Assembly: GCA_964036045.1 (NCBI GenBank) | Contig: OZ038379.1 | Coordinates: 25,234,001 to 25,298,000 of the forward strand | Source: Eutreptiella sp. 'Long Island Sound 2002' | Taxonomy: Eukaryota; Protista; Euglenida | Direction: 5' to 3' | DNA length: 64,000 nt | Shown here: positions 44,407 to 57,749 of the stretch, in pieces | How positions within the stretch are numbered: position 1 is the stretch's first letter | How the letters are laid out: every line of letters begins with the position of its first letter | Position numbers and translations under genes: made by a program | Notes under the pieces: model-generated | What the model saw: the letters and a program-made list of their open reading frames with translations, nothing else | Told to the model about the DNA's origin: nothing | Databases searched by the model: none

Positions 44407-46407
44407 CTGACGAAATGCAATGCAGGAGATGGACTTCACGTTCCAGTGTAGAGCTCGGTGCAAACTTCGGGCAGTAGGGCGGGGTGAAAGCCTAATGTGG
44501 ATGAACTAAGCGAAGTGGGAGGTGGTGCCTGGAAGCAGGGCAGGGTGGGGGGTGTTAAGAACCTTTTCTGCAACCTCACCAGGGATCAGGGCTTCAAACA
44601 CTGAGCCCTTCGTGGAGCTCGCAGGGACGCCCGCACGGCGCCGAGGTTAAAAGGCTGCGAAAACCTCGGTGACATACCCCTTCCCAACAAACATGCAGAT
44701 ACGTGGTGACCCCTTGAATACAAATTTGGAGAACAGCGGTGGAGTCCTGCAGAACGTAGACTTAACGGTGTTGACGCCAACGTGACATGCGTTCGATACA
44801 GCAGCGGATGTAAAATTTTCCAAATCGTTTTGTCTGACGTTGTGGCCATCCGAAACAAAAATGTTTCATATGTGAATCCCGCCCCCCCCCCCCACCCCCA
44901 CCCCACAAAACGGGGAAATTCACTTCCCGACAAAGGATTCCCTTTCTCAACCCCTGTACGAAACCTCGACCGTTCGTTGAACTTACGGGGCCTGAACAGT
45001 CATCTCTTTTCCTTTGGGTCCCCTCTTGCCTCTCGTGCTCTCTCCTATTGGTGCTTGTTGTTGTCTTCGATCAACAGCGCCCAGATTCCCCGGGTTTCGG
45101 AGACTCCGGGCGTGATTGGATCCGTCCTGGGCCGTGCTATCATCCGTTGTCTCAGCCAATACTACCTGAACGACATGGCTCTGAGGCCACCCCCTCCGCT
45201 CCTCCTCTGGTCCAATCTTCTCTTGGCACAGATGCGCATGGGGGCAGCTGTGAGAAGGAGCACGGAAGCAAAAGATCAGCAAATGTGCATTCAGCTTGGT
45301 TTGGGTGGGTGTTGCTGCTGTTGGGGCTGCAATTGCACTGCAGACAAATCAGGATGCGATTGCCTTCCTTCTGACAAGCAGGTTGAGATCTGATACATTG
45401 CTGGGTCATTTTCGTGGAGCTAGGGGTGTGGAGTGGAGGGGATGAGGGGGGAAAATATGGTGCAGGGGCATGAAGCTTGAGTGCAACCTACTCCCTGGAT
45501 AACCCGCTGAGGCTGAGAGCCAATTTTGTTTTTGCTGGTTGCGACCACTACATGTTGACGCTTCCCAGATCCCAGCCGACTGCCCTCATATGGACACCCC
45601 AACTAATGGTAAGGGTCCCTGTTGGTTCTATCTTGAGGCAACAGCTGTTTGGCTGTGGGCTTTGGATGTGCTTGAACCATCCTTTGGCGACAAAATGAGT
45701 ATGGTCCATGTAGCAGGTTCTCTCCTGCAGCCATTAACCGTCAAAGAGGGCCTTCTTGTGGCCAGTTAGTGCAGGGTTTGCAAACCCTGGTTCACCGTGG
45801 CTTGCAGCCACTCTCTGTTGCCTTCCGCATGGATCCCCAGTGTCCTAGCTCAAGTAAATAGACCCCTTCTTCAATGGCCTAAACCCTGGCAGGGTATCAC
45901 CAGAACATTCAACACCCACCCCTGCGTTGATTCACACCTATAGGTCTCAGCTCACAGTTTCCCCCCACAAGGGCCCCCACACAAAGGGTGTGGCGCGGTC
46001 CCAAAGGACCACAAAGACGGCTTGCAGTAGATTTTGCAGCGGACCCGTATTGCACGCTCTTGCAGCTATGAGCTATTCAAAGGATTGCTTGTTCAGATAT
46101 CGGCAACTTGAGGCCACTATGTGTTCATCCAGACCCAGGTCCCTGCCAGCTTTTTCTTCCACATGGACCTCCCAACCAATGCCCGGGGTCCCAGCACATC
46201 TGCGGATACTTCGGATTGGCATGGGACCCCCACCGGGGAGGACACAGGCGTTTTCACGGCGCCCATGCAAATCTGGAGGGCACCCACTGTCAAGACAATC
46301 CGATGGGCAGAGTTGGCAGCCTTCACGATCCTCCGATTGGGGCTGACACTGGGCTGCTTTTACATTGAGCGTCGTTCCTGTTTCGCGCCCTCAGGCCACA
46401 TGCACAC

Positions 46408-46677
46408 CTCTCGCCTGTCTGCACCACTGTACCCTCAAAGCTGCACGTCACAAGGTCTCCCTTTTGCGGCTCGGCTCCTTCACCTACCTCCAGGTCATTG
46501 TATCGCAGCTCCTCCGGACCCTCCCGATACAAATGGATGGGTATCTCTGCTCCGGAAGGCTTCAGGCCAAATTCAATCCCCAAAAAGCCAGCTGCCAGCC
46601 CAAGCGCTGTGCGGCGTGTGGTTGGCCCGGAGACTGCGTCAGTGGGTTCGTCAGTGGCCTTTGCAGAGTCAATATCC
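46408..46677 (-). CDS. FKBP: FKBP exon with twin-arginine lumen signal and start of the FKBP domain
   Basis: TTRRTALGLAAGFLG...SGA then LRYNDLEVGEGAEPQKGDLVTCSFEG; CAG acceptor at 46680-46678 and GT donor at 46407. Confidence 0.88.
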
Positions 46678-49630
46678 CTGCAAACAGGGGACAGAAACAA
46701 CCGTTGGAATTCGGGGCAGGCGGATTGGTCACGTACTCGACAAAGCAGAGGCACAACCACGCAGGAGGCCAGTATTCTGGCGAGGACTGGGGGGCGTTTG
46801 CAACCCCTATTACGGACCGGGCACATGCACAGCTCCTCCTCAGAAAACCAGTTCGGCCCCCAGCGTTCCAGGAGCGCATGACTGCTGTTCCCACCCCGCA
46901 CTTGAAGAAGACGGTAGAAGGGGGAGGGTGATATGTAAAAATAAAAACAAAACAGCAAACGCATTACCAACATCACAACGCTCGCTCTTTTGTCTTCACA
47001 CGATTGCCATGCAGCATGGATTCGTGTGACATAACATGTGCGGAGGTTTTTTCAAGCAACTGAAAACGCTATCCCATGGAAACGTGCAAATGCAGCCGCT
47101 TGGTGAAGAAGGAGGAAGGAGATAAAGGAAGAAGTTGAAGACTTTTCCAACTGAACCACTTAGCCTCTGGTTCTCACCTTTGCGTTGTCGCTCATGAGTC
47201 TGTCTTCTCACACCACCTGTCACGCTCTCATGTTTTACATGACCCCACCTTGTGCATTTTTCTTTTATTCCACGCACAGCACAGCAAACAGGGGCCAGCA
47301 GTGATAGTAACCTGACGATCAGTCACGTGACGGTCTGGGTACAGGTTTGGCCGAAACTGAATAAGTGTAAATTGGTGCATGCGCGAGCCTAAACCCATGG
47401 TCCTGTGGGCTTTGACCACTTGCCTTGGAAGGCTAGCGGCGAGGTGAGGAGGGGGCTTGAAGACATATGCACCACTTTCGGTGCATTTACCTGGAAAATG
47501 CCCCGGGACCATGTTCCAGCGAAAAAATGAAAAGACGCTGATTCCTTTGAGCGTCACAAGTGGTCAGTGCTGGTTGCGGAGAAGGACAGTCGTCAGCAGA
47601 TCCCGGCGACTGGATATGCAACCTGAACTGCCTTCAAACGACATAACCTGGCTGCTGTATGCTCCACAACCTTGTCCCCATTACCCTGGTATTGATGTTA
47701 TGGACCGCTTTTTGAAGCCCACTCCCGAAGCTAAACATGACAGCGTCATTGACACCCCTGTGGTTTTGACAGGGTCCCCCGAACCCTGTTGCAGCCTGTG
47801 ACACAGTTTTGGTGGATGCAACGAAACGTCATGCCAAACGCCGTGCCAAGGCCCTATGGCTGATGCAATCATTGCACAATGGTAACACTATGTTTCACTG
47901 GGATTGACACAACGGGCGTTTTGCATGCACTGCTGCAGTACTAGTGCGACGCAAAGAACCGTCAAATCATGACCCCCTGTGTGACATTCCGTCTGGTTGT
48001 TGTTCCTTTACGGGGCCCTGGACAGTCACCCTTTCTTCCCTTCGCATGTTGCGTCGGGTTACTGCTTTCTGTCGGTCGCTGCGGCCAGTGCTCTTGCTGG
48101 TGTTGTTTCCGCGTTCACGGAGCCCAGTAGTTGGTGTGTTGGGCTGTGCTGAATGTGGCATGGTGTGCCGTTTGCGCGTCAGCGGCGCCCAATAGTTGGC
48201 GTATTGAGGATGTGCTGGTTGTTGCCGGGGCCGTTTGATTGTTTTTGCTGTCCACGCACCTCTGTCCACAGGCTGTCCATAGCCTGCCTTGCTGTGTTTC
48301 TGTGTGCGTGAGGCCCAGGTGCCCTGTTCCTCCACGCGCTGTCCCGGCCGTCCACCATGTGTTCTTTTCCCCCTCACGGCTGGTCTGCCCCTGATGGGCT
48401 CCCGCTCCTGTTGCGCAAACAGCCCATCTGGGCTGCGGGAGACACCCCCCACCTGATGCCGGTTGAGCAGGGGTTGCCCTGGCACCCGGTAGCGACGGGG
48501 CTGGCTGGCCAGGCCATCCCCTTTGTTGTCGCTGCCTCCCATGCGCACGCTCTCCCATCCCCTCCATGCTGGTTCCCTGTTCCCGCTATTCTGGTTGCCT
48601 CTCCTGCCTTGCTGTGCCCCACCTCCTTGTCTGCTGTGCTCGCCCTTGTCCCTCCTGGTGTGGCTCCCGCGTTCTGTGTGTCTGTGTTGCACCTCCCCTT
48701 GTCTGTTGGCGCTCCTGGGTGCCCCTGTCGCGCACCCACTCCTGTCCCCCCCCCCCCCTTGCTTGGGGAGGATCCGTCACGACAAAGGGGGAGAGATTTC
48801 AAGGAGGGGGGTACCCTCTCCGGACCGTGCAAGTAGTGCCACGTCAATTCATGTAGACACTGAATTACAATTCATGTACGAAAGCGAATTGTTGGTGCAT
48901 GTTTTACTGGTTTTATCTGGAACCAGGCTTTTTGAGAATTGATGAGCTAAGCCTGCGCCTTCCCCAAACCAGCCCCTTGTCTTAAATTCGTGTGTTGTTC
49001 GGGTAAATTTCGGAATTTGTTTGCTTTTTGCATATCGGCTTTATCCTGGCTGCTACAGCTTCCCCAACAATCGGGTGCCGGGGGGCAGATGAATCGGCAG
49101 GGGTGTTTCTGGCCTCTTGTAGCATACATCAAACGAGGTCCAACTCAGGAAATATCTCAACAAAAGCTTCGAATTCTTATGGTTGATATCTCAAGATGCA
49201 AAACTCCCAAAATTCCATGGCCTAGATTTAACAATTTGTTTGGCGGGAGCTGTGTCTAAACGTTTTGCCTTCACTTGTCTACAAAGGCTTTCATTTTCCA
49301 GGCAAACACCTGAGCACGATTGTGCAAGGATTTCTTCAGGGGGTATCCATGACGTCGATGGATGCCTTTCCGCACTCGCCTCAAGCACTATAGCTCGCCC
49401 CTCATAATTGCATTGGATGTGGTTCAGACATCGCGTATAAGGAATCAATACGCGCCCTGTGAGTGTTGACTCCTCTTCACAGTTAGACACAAATGCATGC
49501 CACAGGCGCTCATGTTTGGTACAATGGTGGGGCAGCAAGGGTGGCCCACTGTTGGCAACTGTCATTCCTCACCCTCTGGACTTGAGTTCCTGCACATTCA
49601 AGGAACCCACCCAACCCCCACCCGATAGTG

Positions 49631-49857
49631 GGCACGAAGTCGCCCCCCCCCGTAGCCCCCCCCTACACACCCGTACCCGTGGCCGCAGACCGCCTTGTGT
49701 GTGCACTGCCTGGTGTGTGGACCGCCAAACCTTCCCTTCCGTAACCCCCCCCTTCCCTTCCGTAACCCCCCCCCGTACCCTCCCCCCTGTACCCCCCCCC
49801 CCCATACCCTCCCCCCCCGGACCTCCGGGGTACGGGGGGGGGGGGGGACTTCGTGCC
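49631..49857. mobile_element. Short MITE-like element
   Basis: GGCACGAAGTC...CCCCGTA at the left end and its inverse at the right end; no clean TSD. Confidence 0.5.
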
Positions 49858-50697
49858 GTATCTGCCCCAACCCCCTGAAAATATTTGAAGGGGGGTTGAG
49901 GCGCTCCCAGGGTTGAACGGCACCCCAGCCCAGGCTGCCAACAGGGTTCTCCTTCTTCATAAACAAGCTAAAAGCGTCTTTGTGGTTTGCTTACTTTTCA
50001 GCCATTTTTTTTGTCGGTCAATTTTGCAGTGCTCACGTTCAGCCTTGTCCACATTGAAATAAATATGCCACACCCAAAGCAGTATGGCCAGGTTGCACAG
50101 CAAAACAAAACCAAAGAATGAGGTCTGTAGGAAAGGGATGCCAACACAAAGGGGGGGGCACCCTAACATTAAAGGGGGGTCTAAGACTGCACACTCACCC
50201 ACCCAAGCCACAATTATCAGAGGGGGGGTTCCCAAAATCTCGACCCATCCACCCAGGCCGGGGCACCCACCAGCAGAGAAAGAACAAGACAGAACAACAC
50301 AACCACCCGTTATGAGAAGAAAAGTCAAAGTGATGGTTCCTCCCGCCCCTGGGGATTGCAAGGGGGGGATTTCAAGGGGTGGGGGGTAGCTGGACCACAG
50401 GGCTGCCACTTCCACAGGAGATGCCTTTTCCTTCACATGTGGGCAAACAGGGGGCAACCACCACCTTTGTGTAGGCAGTGGTGCAACTTCATCGGTACAG
50501 TCCTCGATCTGAGGTAGCTCCACTGTTACAACCCAGTCCCATGTTAATCCGTAACTGATGAAAGCTCAATGCTCTGCCCCGTTGTGTGCTTGGCAATTAT
50601 ATCCGTCCCCTCTTGCGTATTAGGGGCGTCATGACTGCAAGATACGTCGTTCGTGGGTGAGGCAACGATCACGACCATAGCTAGGGTTGGATGCTAC

Positions 50698-50818
50698 CTT
50701 GCGATGTCGTCTTGTACTGCCATCGCCAAGGGCCGAGGCCGCACGTGCGCCGCTGTTTGGGGCACGAAGAGGGCAGATGGGACGATGGATGCTGGGGTGA
50801 TGATGGCCCACAGAAGAC
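50698..50818 (-). CDS. Probable FKBP exon 2 (end of signal peptide and start of transit peptide)
   Basis: 121-nt exon bounded by tcctccAG and AAG|GTAGCA encoding LLWAIITPASIVPSALFVPQTAAHVRPRP; phase 1 matches the upstream exon. Exon(s) linking it to 46677 not resolved. Confidence 0.6.
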
Positions 50819-52137
50819 CTGGAGGACATGTGTTAGCGCTGGGGTTCAATTGCTGCAAATCTCTTTGGGGATGAACAACAGCTCCCCTTCCGTCCAAATG
50901 TCAAAGAATGAAGTGCTAGAATATTGCTCGTGACAATGCTCCCAACACCAAACGCTTAGTCAGTCAAACAAACAATTGATTAGGGTAGGGTCCATGACAA
51001 AATTCAGCCACGCATGCCGGTGTGCTGTGGGTTGTGGGTTTGCCACCAGGGATTGTTTTCACCTCTCCTCCCACTACTTTGCCCCACGTGGCTCCATGGC
51101 AAGGCCACACTAGACTGCAGGTGCACTGGCAAGTGGGAGAGTACAACAGAGGCCCAGGCTGCAAACACGCACCCCTGGATGTATACAATATACGTGCATG
51201 CAAAATGCATTGCAATTGAAACCATGCCACAGGCGAGAAACTTGTTGCCACGAAGTGTGAAACCACATCGCACCGATGCCCCACTTGAGGGAGCGGATGT
51301 TCACCGCTAAATCAATAGACTGAAGTGCATACCACACGAAGTAGCGATGGAAACTAGGATCTCCACACTAGTCATGAACGGGGGGACCGTCCATGCACAT
51401 GTGTTCCATTCCGCAACGGCTGCATGTATGCAACAATTACTAAACCCTCTCCCCATGTGTAGTGGCACCACCCTCATCCTCCCACCATCGGGCGGATGAC
51501 GAAGGACGAGAATGGGGGAGAGGTTTGGCCAACCGTTGATGCACACTACTACCAAACTCTAAGGATGACCCGTTCCCAATCCCAGCACGCACTCACAGTA
51601 GTGGAATCAATAAAACATCTAATTGTTCGCATGCGCGGGAGGAAAACCTCACGTGACCTAACACGCCTTCCCGCCAAACTCCACGAAAAGAAATGCCGAA
51701 ACATTCGACACATGAGGCAACCAATGTCGGCACCGGTCAATTGTTCTAATGGGCACCAAGTAGATGAGAAAGAACTTAATATACGCATGTTATGTGTGTT
51801 GCAATAAACCAAACATAAATAAAGGGAAACTTGAGGGAAAGCGGCACCAGTTGATCACAACACAAAGCCAAATGATCCATAGAGCATGTCGAGGTCTAGG
51901 ATGTGAAGTAACGCATTGGATCTTTGGCATCTTGGGCAAAACACGATATCTTGGATGTACGTGAGTAACCGAGCGGCAAGGGCGAGTGCAAGCGTAACAA
52001 AGCTCCTCACATGGACAAAATGGCCATAGTGCCCACAAGGCTGGCGGAAGACAATACATGGGGCGGAATCGTGTTCTGGTACACGCCATTGTTCTACGCG
52101 GGCACTCGTGGCATGTATGCGAGCGAACCTGTGACAC

Positions 52138-52258
52138 CAAAACTCACAAGGAAACCCATGAAGAATGGTCGTCGGGATAATAAGGTGGGAGGTGGAGCGT
52201 AGATTGGGCGAAGGAGGGCTTCTGGCGCATCATAGGAGGTCGCATGAAGTGGCAACAT
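52138..52258 (-). CDS. Probable FKBP exon 1 (N-terminal signal region)
   Basis: ATG 5 nt after a pyrimidine-rich CAG (52266-52264); MLPLHATSYDAPEALL...RRPFFMGFLVSFG; phase-1 donor at 52137 (alternative 52128). Confidence 0.55.
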
Positions 52259-53917
52259 CGTAACTGTGACCACAACACAATAGACAAAGAACAAGTATGG
52301 ACTACTACACAAATGGACCACAACACAAATGGAATTCGAGCGATACGGCTGCCTTGAGCCGCTCAATGGAATCCTTATGCATGGACAAGTAAGGCATGGA
52401 AGATTCATGGACTATTTATTTTTGCCGTGTAGAAAGCAACGGTCAACAATTGCTCTAGCGTTTGGTACGTCGAAAAGGTGTTCAATTAGACGAACCATGT
52501 TGACTCCTCATTCAGCTCACGAGCATTGCAAAGCATGGATCGAAAGCCAATAAGACTACACCACAACAGCGGTATGTGGTAGTGCACGCGTTCGATTCAC
52601 TATATTCCTGGTTCCTGTATTCCTGTCGAGGACGTGCGGGTTGCACAATGTTAAAACGTGGGTCATGGATCAATGGTAACCGAGGGCACCGGTGGCTGTG
52701 ATCACACAACCACATCGTTTACATTGTGGGAGGATTTTGGGAGAACAAGCAGGCTCAACGGGGCTACGAAGTCCCAAAAAGCGTTCAAGAATATGAAAAC
52801 TCCACAAATGGAACCACGAACCCAATGCTTCACGACTACAAAGAATCGTTGTATGACGAAAAGAGTCACGTTCATATCTAAAAACATCCAATCATGGTTT
52901 GGGAGCTTGAGCCCTACCTCCTACCTTGGATAGAGTACTAGGAGATGCTTCAAGGATGTAACCACAAAATAAAACCACCGTGAGGTTGCAGGTAGCGAGC
53001 ATCCATATAATGCGGACGCTAGTGAGTGGGAATCCTTTTTACGAAGTTTCAAGGCAAATGTGGCCTGGGCTGTCACCTCCGCCCAGTTTGATAGGGAAAG
53101 GCAATATTTCCCAATAAAGTTAAGCCAATCGAAAATTCATTGTTTTCAAGGATTCACCACGCAAATGCCGAACCCGATTCTGATTGGAAACTTCGCCTTG
53201 CATAGGTCAATTGGAGCCAAAGTGCCTCTTTAAGGTCCATTATTTGAACAACCCTTCCCCCCCTTTTCTGTCAGATTCTCTGGAAGTATGAGGAAATCTT
53301 CTCGGAAATGTTCTGTGATCACAGACCATGAGAAGTTTGCAACTCTTTCCCAATCGCGAGTGCCGCAACAGAATACAAATTGATCAAAAATGTCAAAAAT
53401 TAGCAAAGATGTACATCCACACCTTGTGTCTAAGTTTTTGATATGCCAATGCCGACGACGTTCAGCTAACGCATTGCACTCCGATGTACTGCTCACATGG
53501 ACACCCTGTGCAGCCTCCCCGTTTGATTGCTCTCTCGCCCAAGGCAGTTGTGATGCGAAAGGGAAACTGCGTGTTCAAGTTTGCTCGTGACGACGGGTTG
53601 GTGCATGTGGTTTGTGTCTATGAGCTGCTTGTGATTTGCTATGTCATGCATTCGTCCTTTTGTAGGACCTTTTGTTGGAGGAAGTCCCGACACTTCCGTG
53701 GATTTTAGTGAATTTTGCAGAGTTAAATTGTGCGGTTCTCGAAAAATCACCTTTTGCCAAATACCAATAACTACAACTACATAAGTATAAGTGGTAACTA
53801 TGCTCGCTATGCCCAATATTTTAATGATGACCATGGTCCTTGCACGCATTCCCTCTCCATCGAAAAAATAGCGAGCGATTCTAGGCCTTGCAATTAAACT
53901 TTGAGAGAATATGGGTG

Positions 53918-53943
53918 TCCTTCGGAGTGTCTATTTTTTTTCG
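53918..53943 (+). other. Euglenid spliced-leader relic
   Basis: TCCTTCGGAGTGTCTATTTTTTTTCG matches the Euglena SL as I recall it (ACTTTCTGAGTGTCTATTTTTTTTCG) at 23/26, with the 3-prime 19 nt perfect. Confidence 0.8.
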
Positions 53944-54929
53944 GTCAGCCCATGGGTTTTTGACAAGCGTTGTTGTGCTCTGCCTTTGCATTGCTAAATA
54001 TGTCCTCAGTGACGAGGAAAAAGCAAGAATGTCTCGGATGCCATTGATATTCCTTGCAGTGGCTGTACGTACACCTTGTGCAACGGATGTTCGATGTCAA
54101 CGGTCGTCGCCACATACCCTCTTAGTAGTTGGGTTGTCAAATGGATGACGTAGATTTATGCCGTGTTGCACCTTCGACCCTTGACACATGGCTTCTTGTG
54201 GAGACGTGGTACGGTGTTTTTGAGCAACATATGATATCCAATGATTTGTCTACAAAATCACACACCCCGAAAACGCACCTCAAGATTTAGCGAACTTGTG
54301 CAAAACTAATCAACGTGAAATGGATGCACGTCGGATATTTTCATGGGCGTGTGGACGAGAAAACCCTTGGTGGGTTTGTAGAATGAACCTTTTGAGAAGG
54401 CCACGCCGATTTGCTAATTGCTTCGTTTACAAAGTGGTAGTAAGGCAAGTCGGGCAAAAGTGTCCACTCTACCTAGTACATCGCGTACCGTGGCCTCAGT
54501 TCAAGGATAGGCCTACTCGGAACCTAGAGCACTGCCGTGTTCGTCGTGGTGTGCATCCATTGCATAGCATTTTTTTCCTTCCTTCTTCCCTTCCTTCTTG
54601 TTGGAAGTGTTGGGTGGGTGGGCCTCTCAATGTCTTTATGGCCCCCTGCCGACTTCACCCAATGGCCAGCTACACGAATTGGGGCTCTAGTATTCATGGG
54701 AATTGTGTGGGTGTTGGCCGTAGTGGCTTGGTTCGTGCCCCGCAAATTGTATAGCAGTTCAACAGACCCGAACAGTATCAAAGGTGTGTGTCTTGTCGGG
54801 GTGCGGATGAGTGTTGTGCAAATTGCCATGAAGGATGAAGGACGAGAAGCACCGCCTCAACAATTGTGGCGTATGATGATCCGTGGATTACATCTAGTGG
54901 GCCCTTGTGTCGACCATCTTTTCCCTTGA
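53944..54929 (+). pseudogene. Probable decayed processed retrocopy of a secreted or membrane protein mRNA
   Basis: ATG 8 nt after the SL relic; a one-base shift gives a signal-peptide-like FLTSVVVLCLCIAKYVLS; a downstream ORF (54537-54929) has hydrophobic helices. Extent uncertain. Confidence 0.4.
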
Positions 54930-57749
54930 TGTACCATTTGCACTTCTTTTGATCGCGTGCCCGAGCCCTTGTTCCGATGTGGGGCCGGTGATGCCCATTT
55001 AATTGAAGTTTCCTTCCTCCACACATGGCAATAGTCCTTTGATTGCCGCAATGTGGGTTCCATGAAATTAGCATCTCTTGCCCATCCTTCCCATTTCTTG
55101 TCAACCTACAAGCCCGGAGCATGTACGGTGTTTGCCTGAACAGCGACTTGGGTTGGTACTTCACGACAAGGAATTGGACCAGATTGTGCTGGGTGATTAA
55201 TTCATGCAACAAATGGTTGTTACTCGAGTTAGAAGGGGTTTCCAAGGGGCGTTTTGTGTCATTGTCCTACCAACGTCTTTTGACTGTGCCCCTCCGCGCC
55301 TCCCCTCTCCTTATTGCTTCTTCTCCCCAGCCGCTTTTAGCGTGCCTTGGTTACGACTTTCGTACCAATATCAAGAGTCAACACAAGGTTCGATTTTGGT
55401 TTCGAATGTTTGCATAGCGATTTGTCGTACTTGGCGCACTAAGCCACCACACCACAATAAAGTCACGCTGTGAACTATCCGCATCACTGCTCAAAACATT
55501 TGCCCACGACATGTGGCTATTTTGCATTTGCTTTTTTGCTTTGTATTGAGTTGGTGGAAACTTAAGCCTCCATTGACGCCAAAACGGACTGAAGAATCCC
55601 CGAGACGGTGTGGTGTTGTTTTTCAACTACTCCTGTCTTGGTCGTAAGCTTTCCCCGGGATCCTCTTCAGTGGCATACACGCAAGCAGAAAACGCTTTTA
55701 GCCATAGGACAAACACTGCAGTGCAACAGAATATGCTCAGTGCGCATAAAATAATGCAATGTGTCGTCAACTTTCAGAAACCAGGGAAATGTGTGGGTCA
55801 TTCCACAATTGTGGGTCAACCCTCACATGCCAACAGCAAAATCGGTTCTCTAAATGGAGCCTTTCGGAAGCTGAGAGGAAAAAACGGGATATCCATTCGC
55901 TTTTGAGAAGCTAGTTTTTAGCATGGTCTTGCATCCTGCCTGTAGCGTGTCGTCATGGATAGTCGTCTCCGCTTCCTCGTATCACGATCGTACAAAGGAG
56001 GTGCCCGCTTACATGTGGAGCATTGCATTACACTCGTTCATAGGAACTTTGTTGGGAGAAGCCTTGTTTCGCAGGTGGGGTTTTTGGATTTGCGGTAAAG
56101 ATGCCGTTTCCGCCTCACCGGAACAATTGGACGTGATCCGCAGCCGTCCGTACGTGGGGCTTTGTTGCTGTGCACCATTTTGCAGCCAAACGCACACCAT
56201 CAACATTCCAAGCCACTCGATAGTCCACATCGAGTTGAAGAAATTCCCCATCACAATTTGGAGGTGTTTCCCAAGTCCATGAATGTGTCGCACAAGCCTC
56301 ATTTATCACGTTAGACAAGGTTTAGTCCGGGAATTTCGGGAATCTCCTCTTGAATTGTTGGTTGGCCGCTTGCGCAAGTTTAGAAAGATCTATTCGAAAC
56401 TTGCTTACACGAGCACGGTACACCACAAACACCATAAATTGCAAATCACAGGCCATGCCTTCTACAAAAATGATTACTAGTGCCCCAACCCCCAACCATG
56501 AACAAAGTCATGGGACACATGGCTCATGCTCCGACTTTGGCCAAGGTCATAAATGGTCGAAGTCTTTTTTTATGACAAGTGTGTGTCTAGCACACAATAG
56601 TGGATATGCCAACCCTACTTAGGTGACGAGGATTTTTGGATTCCTCACATGAAAGGAGAACTAACCTGGTCTTCAACTATTTTTGGTGTCCCCAAGCAAT
56701 CACCCCCCTTGGTATATTGGAGGGTAGGGCAATTAATTCACCGTGGCTCATAAGGAGGGACGGATTAGACAGAGTACAGGAAGAGTGTGTGAGAAAACAA
56801 AAGTGAAGTATGTCCAAGAAAGGGATGAGGGTGTGGACACGAGAGGTAGAGATATGTTGGCACAATATGTGGTGCGCAGTGCACTCTCCATGTTTCGTAG
56901 TGTTCTAGAAATGAATTTCTGTTGTCAGCGCTCTTCTTGTGCCTTGCAGCACCACCTATCCCAAGCCTCGCAGCTTATTGCCAAGCCATGTAGCCTTGCA
57001 CCTACCACCGAGGCCTCTTCCATGACAATGGCCCCATGGACCATCCACCATGGCTGTAGACCAAGGCAAAGCTTCGCAGGCCTCAGTGTTGTGTGCAGAC
57101 GCTGCCTTCATCTCCCCATCCCTGCTCCTTCTGGATCTGCTGACGCTGTCCCCCATTTCAGTGGAGGGTGTGCAAGCCTTGGCACTTCTCATAGACCCAA
57201 CAACAGGCACTTTTGGAAGGTTTGGGAGTTTTCAAACGGGGTTTGCGAAAGAAGGGTGTTGACCCTAAGCGGCTTCTGTGGATATGAACCATTGGGAAAG
57301 GTTGTATCTAGCAATACTAGATGCATCACTTGGCATGGAGCCTGGCACAATAGCAGCCCAGGCGACCTAGCCCTGTGACCGGTGGTAACTTGGGTGTGTT
57401 CCCACCCTGGAACCGGACAAAGAGGATGGATCAGGCAATGAATCACACTTGGGGTGGTGAATTTCCAAGGCACCCGGTGGCTGTGTTTCTACTCGACATG
57501 CAACATTAGTGGCATCTTGGTTTGCTATAGTTATCGCTCTTTAGCTTTGTTGCAACAGTGGCCTCCCTTGGGACATTGCTGGAGGGTGTTGAAGGTGAGA
57601 GAGGGTGACGTTAATAAACGGTTATAGAGGATTGCCCGAGGCTCAGAAGCTCTGGTCAGGGTTGTTGAGGGCACGCAGATAGGAAACCCCCCTCCTCCAA
57701 ATCACGGATACGCGCGCAGACGTAGAGGCAGTGCGCCACCTGCACATCA

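Noticed and set aside
47960-48790. GT/CT-skewed block that looks like an interspersed repeat, with ORFs of 150-241 aa
   Set aside because: No second copy, clear termini or protein motif within this window; ORFs are low-complexity.
56743-57473. Possible decayed retroelement ORF
   Set aside because: No catalytic motif could be identified with confidence.
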